Shown here: piece by piece, positions 7,237 to 14,729 of the stretch | Numbering within the stretch: position 1 is the stretch's first letter | Layout: each line of letters opens with the position of its first letter | IMG/VR virus record: IMGVR_UViG_3300015259_000009 | Coordinates: 1-30,300 of that record | Strand: one strand, 5' to 3' | Origin: a virus | Lineage: Duplodnaviria > Caudoviricetes | Length of the DNA: 30,300 bases | Notes under the pieces: model-generated | Seen by the model: only the letters and a program-made list of their open reading frames with translations | Database searches by the model: none | What the model was told of the DNA's origin: nothing | Made by a program: the position numbers and the translations under genes

Positions 7237-10200
7237 TCAACGCTCTTTGCCGCGTCGTTGGAATGTTTCCGATTGCCGCCGGGCATCTTCGAGCCGAAGC
7301 TCTGTGAGCCGCTCGGGCCGATCGCTGTTGAATTCAGCGATGATCCTTTTTGCCTCGGCTTCGTCTCCGGCGAGGATTGCTTCTGCCGCTTTGTCTCTCG
7401 CTTCATGTTTGCTCCTCTTCATCGAAACCCGCATTCCTCGCACGAGATTATCCATCTTCAGCTTGGGCTGATCCCCGGGTTTATACGTCTCATTCCACTC
7501 ATTGAGGACGGAACGGGCACCCTCCCGTTCACGATCGCCCACCATATTCTGAATCACCTTCTTTACCACACGTTCCGCAATGTAAGGGGTTCGGATGTTG
7601 ACGCCCCCCAGTGCCCCTAGGATGGCCCGTCCAAGGCTCTCTTCGCTCTGCCCCTCGGCAGCCCGGACAACCCGCTCGCGGCCGTAGGTGAGGGCGGTAG
7701 GCACCGGAGCGAGGGTGTCCAAAGCCCGCTTCCCACGGGCCTGCAAAGCCTCCCCCGTGGTCATGTCTTCCCTGATGAAGTTGCGGCCGGTAAACCTCTC
7801 TTTACCCGAAAGCTGCTCAATCACGGTGTTAGACAACGGCCCTGAAAAGATCCAAGGGATGATCGTGCTACCATTGCGAGCCTGCGGCATCAGGTCGTTG
7901 GCGAGAGGAAGAATCGACCGCAGATCCAGAGTCATCACCCGACCATCATTATCCCTGAATGGCACCATCGGCGAAGTCAGCATTCGAGCGAATTCGCTAG
8001 CACCCTTCTCCGCATTGACCAGCTTATCCTCTTCCTCCTTGAATCCGATGAATGCCCGCGACAAGGCTTCAAGCATCAGGGGCATAGCGACGATCTTGGC
8101 GACCTTCAGCGGCTTCCGGCGGACGGCCCTGCCCGCGATCCGAGCGGACTGATCGAAGAACGAAACGAAGGGAGCCCCGACCGGCGTGTTCCGCAGGAAC
8201 CGGGTAATCTTCGCAACCCGGGCGTAATTGGGGTACCACTCGTCGGCGTCGGCAATCGACCTATCCACATCCATGCCTTTCCGCATGTTGTTGTGGACAG
8301 TCGCCAGCTTGAAGATGATATCGCCCACATCATAGGATTTCAACACCTGACGATGGGCCTTGCCCGCAGCCGTGAACAGGGCGTCCAACACATTCTCGTT
8401 GGTACGGAATGCCTCCTGAATCGCCTTCAATTCGGTGCTGCTGTATTCGTTGCCGATGAGTCCCTTCTCCACGGCCCGGCGGAAAATCTCATCCCGCTTG
8501 CTCATCGACTCCACGGCCTTTTTATACGACGGCCAATTCTTCGGATTCGCCGGAGACGTATCAGCTAGATCAGAGAAAACAAGGGCGTTGGTTAGCCAGT
8601 TGCGAACATGGGTGCCCGGGTTATAAACCGTCTTGCTCGCCTTCCATGCGGAAAGGGCGGCACGATAGACCCGCTCGACTTCGCTGGGCAGCCGGACATG
8701 CTCTTTCAGCCGGTCCGCGACCGCCTTGGGCACGTAAACCCCCTTCAGGGCGTGCAATCGCCCGCTCTCGGGGAGGGGTTCCAGCCCGTTATCCTCGGCC
8801 CAAGCCTCGATATCCTCCCCGCTCATATCCTCGGGGGCCTGCTCGCCGTATCGCTCGCCAGCAAACTTGAAGAGATCGATCATCTCCGAATTATGGCGGG
8901 TCTCGATCATGGATCGAGCCACCAGATATCGAGGATCGTGGACTTCATGCTCAGCCCGCCATTCCTCGCTGATCGGATCAGTGAGCCGCAGGCCCTTGGC
9001 AGCCTTTCGCTTCAGATCCGCCTCAGTCACCGGGGGCGTACGCTCGGTAGCCGCCTTTTTGATGAGCCCCTCTTTACGCACCTTAATTTGCTCGTCAAGG
9101 AAAGCGTTTGCCTCCTCCTGCGTATCGAATTTCTTGAGGGGTTTCTTCCCGTCCCAGACAATGAATTTGTCCTGCTTCACTTTGCCAAACGAGGGGGACA
9201 GAGCCAGCTTCCGCTTTGCCCAATCCTTCATCCGGCCGGTCGGCGAGACAGTTTCCTTTGGCACGTTCTTCAGATATGTGCCGAGATTATCCTCGACGGC
9301 TTTTGCCTGAGCAGGGAGTCCCGCCTCGCGGAGTTTCTTGGCGAGATTCTTCGACTCTCTATCCAATTGGACTCGGGCACCAGCAGCCCAGCCCGCGATA
9401 TCCGAGCTTGTGCCTTCAGGCTTACCCTTGCCACGGAGCAGAGCCTCAATGATCTGATGGGCGTCGGCAGAATTGGGGTCTATTGCGGAGTCTTTTGCCG
9501 CTTGATTGAATGCCTTGCCAACCCGGTCAGCATCCATAGCAGTCAGCGAAGTCTTACCCTTCGCCTGCATAATCCGCTTCTCAAGATCCGCCAGCGGCCC
9601 CTTCGTGGGATCACGGAAGACACTGGCCGCACCCCTGAAAAGACGCCGCCCCAGACCGGGGCCGACAGGCCGACTAGGCTCCCCGGCGTCACCGGGCAGG
9701 CCCTCATCATTCGTGCCCGCAGGCGGAACGGGCGGCTTGCCTCCGCCACCGGCAGAGAATTCGGCAGGCAGCAGAGTAGCCTTCTGCTCAGCGTACTGCG
9801 TCTTCGCCGGATTAGCCCTATTCGCCTCGCCCTTCGGCCCGAAATTCACCCACGAATTCTGCCCATAGGGCTGACCTTCGCCCTTCCACGGCTCAAACTT
9901 CACACCCTGCTTATTGAGGTAATCCCATTGGGCTTTGGTCTCCTGCTTGAAGGCATCATACGCTCGCTTCACTTCAGGATTGTTCGGCTCGTGCTTCGCA
10001 GTCTCGTAGGCGTCGGCAATTTTCTTGCCGGTCTCCGGATTCACCGGGACGTAATCAGTCACATCGGGTTCGGCCTTGACGCCCGACGCCTTCAGGTATT
10101 CCGCAGCCTGCGAACGCACAGCTTCATTCGGCTGGCCCCGCCCGGCCTTCTTCATTTCAGGAGATTTGGCGACTTCACCAGCCGGTGAAACGCCCTGTTT

Positions 10201-11709
10201 CGCTGAAACCCACGATTCCGGCACCACGGCGGAGAAGGTCGCGGCACCCGGAGGCTGGCCTGCCGCACGGGCACGGGCCGCAGCCGCCAACAGGCGATGC
10301 CGCCCATCCTTAATTCGTAGCTTGCCCCCCTCCCCGGCCACTGCAATGACGGGAGGGAGGAGTTTATCCACCTGCTCGGGAGACAATTTCGCCAGAGACT
10401 CAACCTTCTGCTTGCTGAGGTTCTCAATCGGAATCTGATCGAAGTCATCGGGAGTGACGTTTATACGCACAAACTCGCCGGGCTCACTTTCGATTGCGTT
10501 CGAGATAGCGAATTTATCCGCCTGATCGTTGGGGATGGAGTCGATAATATCTGCTTTGCTCACGCGGGCAGGCTTAGCGGCAGGTTTCTCTGAAGTAGCA
10601 GTCTCACCATTAACCGTGACCGTGGTGGTACCGCCCACATTCGCATCCGCAATCTCCTGAGCTTTGGCCCGGGACTGCTCCTGCGTCATTTGCGGCCGAC
10701 CACCGGCATTTACCTTGCCGGACACACCGCCCAGAATCGGAGCGAGCCCGGCACCGTAGGCACCGGCCTTTGCAACCCCCTGAGAAAGCTCAGTCTCCGG
10801 AGCGATAGTCTGCTGGTTCACCACATTCTGAGCGAATTGGGTGACAGCCTCCTCGCCGCCTTCGGCCAGCATTTCAGGAGCAATTTTCTTAATCAGGGCC
10901 ATGATACCCGGAACACCCTGAGATCGGGCGACTTCCTGAAGGCCCGGGACACCCGCGAGCTTCTGCCCGATCCGACCGAAAATCTTGCCGCCGATATAGC
11001 CCGAGATTCCTTGGATAACTCCAGATCCCGCCGCAGCCGCAGCCTCTTGCCCCGTACTGATTTGCTGACCTTCGCCCCGACGTTCGGCCGTCTCTTGAAG
11101 AGAGCCGCCGATACCCTCCGCAGCCGCTTCAGCACCGAGACCGATAGCCCCGGTACCCGTGGCAATCATGGCAGCCGTCTTGCCGACAAGTCCAACAGCC
11201 TCGCCGACACCGCCAGCCACACCTTCGGGATCCCCGTAATATTCCCGGCTACGCTGCTTTAGCTTTGTAGCCGTCTCCGGGGCCACCAGCCCGACGAGGC
11301 TCTCACCCGTGCTACCCAGTGTGCGAAGCACACCGGCCGAATACTGCTCAGCCACGGAATTATCCGCAGAACCCCGGCGAATCTGCTCCTCACGGACTTC
11401 CCCGCCCTGCCGAAGCAGGGGAGGCAATCCGACTTGCCGCCGGTGCTGGTCAAGCAGGGCGATCTGGGCATCCACCGGCACATCAGGAAGACCCTGACGC
11501 CGAGCGTGGATCCGCAGTTGCTCAAGCTCCTGCAAAAATCCTTCCTCGTAATTAGGAACAACCGGGGCCGGAGCCACAGGAGCAGGGGCCGCAGATTGAA
11601 CGGGCTGAAATTCGGCCCACGGGTCTGCCGAAGGCGGAGCGGTAGGCTGAGGCGGCGTCACGCCCGGAGTCTTTACCATCTGGAATTCTGCCCACGGATC
11701 AACAGGCAT
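7237..11709 (-). CDS. Large internal virion / DNA ejection polyvalent protein (1490 aa) with ParB-like domain and LPD38-like C-terminal region
   Basis: Last of three genes after the tail genes. N-terminal DPWAEFQ x2; Gly/Ala-rich membrane-inserting region with EGGEEAVTQ; ParB-like PVIAV...IKDGRHRLLAA; WKASKTVYNPGTHVRNW and NYARV...PFVSF motifs typical of podophage ejection proteins. Confidence 0.82.
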   Translation of the reverse strand: MPVDPWAEFQMVKTPGVTPPQPTAPPSADPWAEFQPVQSAAPAPVAPAPVVPNYEEGFLQELEQLRIHARRQGLPDVPVDAQIALLDQHRRQVGLPPLLRQGGEVREEQIRRGSADNSVAEQYSAGVLRTLGSTGESLVGLVAPETATKLKQRSREYYGDPEGVAGGVGEAVGLVGKTAAMIATGTGAIGLGAEAAAEGIGGSLQETAERRGEGQQISTGQEAAAAAGSGVIQGISGYIGGKIFGRIGQKLAGVPGLQEVARSQGVPGIMALIKKIAPEMLAEGGEEAVTQFAQNVVNQQTIAPETELSQGVAKAGAYGAGLAPILGGVSGKVNAGGRPQMTQEQSRAKAQEIADANVGGTTTVTVNGETATSEKPAAKPARVSKADIIDSIPNDQADKFAISNAIESEPGEFVRINVTPDDFDQIPIENLSKQKVESLAKLSPEQVDKLLPPVIAVAGEGGKLRIKDGRHRLLAAAARARAAGQPPGAATFSAVVPESWVSAKQGVSPAGEVAKSPEMKKAGRGQPNEAVRSQAAEYLKASGVKAEPDVTDYVPVNPETGKKIADAYETAKHEPNNPEVKRAYDAFKQETKAQWDYLNKQGVKFEPWKGEGQPYGQNSWVNFGPKGEANRANPAKTQYAEQKATLLPAEFSAGGGGKPPVPPAGTNDEGLPGDAGEPSRPVGPGLGRRLFRGAASVFRDPTKGPLADLEKRIMQAKGKTSLTAMDADRVGKAFNQAAKDSAIDPNSADAHQIIEALLRGKGKPEGTSSDIAGWAAGARVQLDRESKNLAKKLREAGLPAQAKAVEDNLGTYLKNVPKETVSPTGRMKDWAKRKLALSPSFGKVKQDKFIVWDGKKPLKKFDTQEEANAFLDEQIKVRKEGLIKKAATERTPPVTEADLKRKAAKGLRLTDPISEEWRAEHEVHDPRYLVARSMIETRHNSEMIDLFKFAGERYGEQAPEDMSGEDIEAWAEDNGLEPLPESGRLHALKGVYVPKAVADRLKEHVRLPSEVERVYRAALSAWKASKTVYNPGTHVRNWLTNALVFSDLADTSPANPKNWPSYKKAVESMSKRDEIFRRAVEKGLIGNEYSSTELKAIQEAFRTNENVLDALFTAAGKAHRQVLKSYDVGDIIFKLATVHNNMRKGMDVDRSIADADEWYPNYARVAKITRFLRNTPVGAPFVSFFDQSARIAGRAVRRKPLKVAKIVAMPLMLEALSRAFIGFKEEEDKLVNAEKGASEFARMLTSPMVPFRDNDGRVMTLDLRSILPLANDLMPQARNGSTIIPWIFSGPLSNTVIEQLSGKERFTGRNFIREDMTTGEALQARGKRALDTLAPVPTALTYGRERVVRAAEGQSEESLGRAILGALGGVNIRTPYIAERVVKKVIQNMVGDREREGARSVLNEWNETYKPGDQPKLKMDNLVRGMRVSMKRSKHEARDKAAEAILAGDEAEAKRIIAEFNSDRPERLTELRLEDARRQSETFQRRGKER
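11605..11700 (-). repeat. Two copies of the DPWAEFQ peptide motif at the ejection protein N-terminus
   Basis: Copies at 11680-11700 and 11605-11625, separated by a Pro-rich spacer. Confidence 0.85.
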
Positions 11710-12755
11710 TATGGCACCCTCCGGATATTACCCTGCGGATCTCGGATCAGGGTTCCCGAAGGCAGACGACGAGCCTCCTCGGGCGAATTGACGCGGATCG
11801 GATTGCCGCCGGTCGGCGATTGGCCGCTGGAATTCGTGATGGGCTGGGTGAATGCCGCGACCTGACGAACGCGAGATTGCAGAGCATTCAAAGCATCGTC
11901 ATCACTGTAAATATCAGGATCTTGCATCCCATATTTGCGACGAGCATAGGCGACCTGATCGGCCCTTCCAAGCTGGGCGACTTGCTGAAGCTGCTGAGAC
12001 TCCACGCCTAGATTTTCACTCGTTCGCTGTCCGGCAGTCATTCGCCCGGAAGTCTTCGCCTTGGCAGCCCGCACATCGTCCACCAATTGATCCATCTTCA
12101 ATTGGCCGGACTGGGCGGCAACCCACAGGGCGTTCCAATCATCATCAGGAATCTGGCCCTGCATGGCTCGCAGATAATCCAATTGCGATCCGCCGCCCGG
12201 CGGTATGATATCACGGGATCCACGAACGCCTGTGCCCTGCACTTCCTGAACCTGACCGGGGCGAAGCTCGGTCTGCCCCTCATCCTTCGGGCCGACCCTG
12301 TAAATCCTGCCCTCGTGGCTGAAATAGCCGGATCCGCCCGGCTGGTTTTCGACCAGCGACATTTCGCCGCCACCCGCAGCCGCCTCTTCCGCCTGAAGCG
12401 AGATGGGCGAGGCAGCCCGTCCACGGGCAGAGCCCATAGCCCCCGCCGATTGGGCCGCAGCCCGACGCGGGGCGTAGCCTGCCGCCTCCACTAGCGTAGG
12501 CTCCTGCGAAGCACCGCCGCCAGCCATGAGAGCATTACGCTGCATGGTCTCGGCAGATCGGCGGTTCATCTCGCCGGTCATAAACTGCATATCCTGAGCC
12601 CGCTGTTGTAGCCACATTTCGTACTGCTGACGAGCCTGTTCCGTTTGGCGGTTACGCTCAGACAGACCATATGAAGCGGCCCCGGCTGCGGACGCCAATT
12701 GTCCGAGATCGAGAGCACTGCCATACCGGATATTGATGGGGGTTGGAGCAGGCAT
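11709..12755 (-). CDS. Internal virion / ejection protein (348 aa)
   Basis: Q/A/G-rich helical protein ending in VNSPEEARRLPSGTLIRDPQGNIRRVP, a C-terminal motif common in podophage ejection proteins; TAATG-coupled to the large gene. Confidence 0.72.
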   Translation of the reverse strand: MPAPTPINIRYGSALDLGQLASAAGAASYGLSERNRQTEQARQQYEMWLQQRAQDMQFMTGEMNRRSAETMQRNALMAGGGASQEPTLVEAAGYAPRRAAAQSAGAMGSARGRAASPISLQAEEAAAGGGEMSLVENQPGGSGYFSHEGRIYRVGPKDEGQTELRPGQVQEVQGTGVRGSRDIIPPGGGSQLDYLRAMQGQIPDDDWNALWVAAQSGQLKMDQLVDDVRAAKAKTSGRMTAGQRTSENLGVESQQLQQVAQLGRADQVAYARRKYGMQDPDIYSDDDALNALQSRVRQVAAFTQPITNSSGQSPTGGNPIRVNSPEEARRLPSGTLIRDPQGNIRRVP

Positions 12756-12763
12756 GGTTTATC

Positions 12764-13513
12764 CTAGAGGGGCCGGGGGCCGCGATAGTCACTCCAATAA
12801 ACACCGGGCATCGGACCCATATGGGGTTGCCAACTAGTCGGGGCAGCCGCTCCGCTCGCCGTAGCCCCGCCGGACTGAGAAAGCTGAGCGAGGAGATTGG
12901 CGTACATCCCCATATCCGGCCCCTGATCGTTTCGACTCAGGATCGAATCACCCATCAGGCGAGCAAAATCCATCTGCGTACCGGCTCGCTGCTGAAGCTG
13001 ACCGGCTCGGGCCGTAGACACTTGCTCATCCACCGCCTGATTCGCTTGCTCGGCTCCGGCCTGAATACCCTGCCGGACATTCGAGCGAATCGTGGTATTA
13101 CCCAGACCACGGCTAGTCAGGTCTTGCTCCGAGGAGCCAAGTTGCTGAGCCGTGGAATCAGCAATACGCCTACGGGCGGTCTGCCCCATATTCTGAGTCA
13201 GTTCATCTGCCCGATCGAGGGTGCCGCCCGGTCCCAATACCGATGTTTGAGCCCCGCCAACAGTTTCTAGAAGGCTCTGATATCGAGCGAGTCCGGCATT
13301 ATTAGCGTTGCTTTGTTCCTCCTGAAGCCGCCGCAGAAGTTCATCGATGTTCAATCCGCCACCAGATGAAGAGGAGATAGCCCCGCCAGAGCCGCCAGTA
13401 GGTAGCATACCGCCGGGAGCCCCGCGAGATCGGGTATTAACAACACGGGGGCCTCGACTGGGGCCGAGACCATAATTGTTCCGAGGATGGCCGTAGCCAC
13501 GGGGAGCAGGCAT
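12764..13513 (-). CDS. Internal virion / ejection (pilot-like) protein (249 aa)
   Basis: Q/G/A-rich coiled protein with LTSRGLGNTTI motif; first of the three-gene ejection block; AAGGA SD. Confidence 0.7.
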   Translation of the reverse strand: MPAPRGYGHPRNNYGLGPSRGPRVVNTRSRGAPGGMLPTGGSGGAISSSSGGGLNIDELLRRLQEEQSNANNAGLARYQSLLETVGGAQTSVLGPGGTLDRADELTQNMGQTARRRIADSTAQQLGSSEQDLTSRGLGNTTIRSNVRQGIQAGAEQANQAVDEQVSTARAGQLQQRAGTQMDFARLMGDSILSRNDQGPDMGMYANLLAQLSQSGGATASGAAAPTSWQPHMGPMPGVYWSDYRGPRPL

Positions 13514-13522
13514 GGTTTTTCC

Positions 13523-14728
13523 TTACGGGAGCGTCGTACCAATATCAGTGGTAGTCAAAACTCCGGTGTTTGAAACGGTGACTCGCCAATAGTGCGGTGT
13601 GGCCTGAGTGTCTTTGAGAATGAAGCCTTCGGCTGCGGCGTCAACGGCGACATATTTGGTGCCAATATGCTTGACATTGGAAGTAGTTTTTTGTAGTGCA
13701 TCGTCTACGACAAAAGCTGTGCTATTGCCAAAACCATGTAGAGTATCCCCGATCTTGCACGTTCCTAAAGGGACACTGACTTGAACGGCCGGAGTACCCA
13801 TATCAAAAATAGTGATAGCACATCCACCGTAGCTCCCATCTGAATCGCCAAGAAGTATGGTAGGAGCACCGGTAGTGCCGTTCTCGCCGGTCGTCATAGC
13901 GAAATTACCGGCACTATCCCTGATAACTAGCTGGTATTCACCGAGAGCAGACGATCCGACTACTAGGTGCCCAAATCCCGGATCTGCGGAATTTACTATG
14001 AGTCTGTTTTGAGCCAACAGATAGAGCAACCCTGAATCGGCTCCAAAAACTCCGCTATTATTGAATTGAACCTGAGTATTGGTCCCAGCGGGAGTCGCAG
14101 TGGCACTTGAACTAAGCACTGTGCCGGTCATTGTCAGACCAGTACCTAAAGTGATCTCTTCAAAATCACCTGCTCCTGCCGCTGAGCCACGCCCGACTAG
14201 ACGCGATGCGGCGGACGAGTTTTGCATCTTCGCAAATGTTACTACATCCGGGTCAATAGTCCAAATCGTTCCACTGCCAGAGACAGTGATATCTCCCTTA
14301 TCTCCGTCTGTAACCCCGACAACTGAGGTACTGAGGACGGTTCCTGTCATTGTCAGGCCAGCACCGAGCGTAATTTCCTGAAAATCTCCCGCCCCTGCTG
14401 CCGAACCACGCCCCACCAGCACCGATGCTGCGGATGAATTCTGCATTTTTGCGAACGTCACCACATCAGGGTCAATGGTCCACACCACTCCGCCACCGGA
14501 AACGGTGATATCCCCTCTATCACCGCTTGCAATCCGGAGACCGCCATCAGCAGGATCGAAGTCGAGCCCCGAAATGGTAGCCAAGAGTATAGAAATCGAA
14601 CTCGGATCGACGCCAAAAACGATGCCGTCTCCCTCGGTAATTCCGAGAACCCCAAAAGGATCTTGGCTCAGACGTTGAAGGGCTCGCCTTTGGCGAAGAT
14701 CCCCTTTACCGCCTTTGTCAACGCCCAT
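13523..14728 (-). CDS. Tail fibre / spike protein with internal tandem repeat
   Basis: GDKGDITVSG repeats, PAGTNTQVQFNNSGVFGADSGL fibre motif and C-terminal YWRVTVSNTGVLTT. GGAGAG SD supports ATG 14728. Confidence 0.82.
   Translation of the reverse strand: MGVDKGGKGDLRQRRALQRLSQDPFGVLGITEGDGIVFGVDPSSISILLATISGLDFDPADGGLRIASGDRGDITVSGGGVVWTIDPDVVTFAKMQNSSAASVLVGRGSAAGAGDFQEITLGAGLTMTGTVLSTSVVGVTDGDKGDITVSGSGTIWTIDPDVVTFAKMQNSSAASRLVGRGSAAGAGDFEEITLGTGLTMTGTVLSSSATATPAGTNTQVQFNNSGVFGADSGLLYLLAQNRLIVNSADPGFGHLVVGSSALGEYQLVIRDSAGNFAMTTGENGTTGAPTILLGDSDGSYGGCAITIFDMGTPAVQVSVPLGTCKIGDTLHGFGNSTAFVVDDALQKTTSNVKHIGTKYVAVDAAAEGFILKDTQATPHYWRVTVSNTGVLTTTDIGTTLP
14108..14524 (-). repeat. Two 66-aa tandem repeats (period 219 nt) in the tail fibre
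   Basis: Copies at 14327-14524 and 14108-14305; 58/66 aa identical by hand alignment, with many synonymous differences. Confidence 0.95.
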
Positions 14729-14729
14729 T

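Noticed and set aside
8608-10188. 526-aa + strand ORF antisense to the large ejection protein
   Set aside because: Same codon-aligned shadow effect in GC-rich coding DNA; no recognisable protein features.
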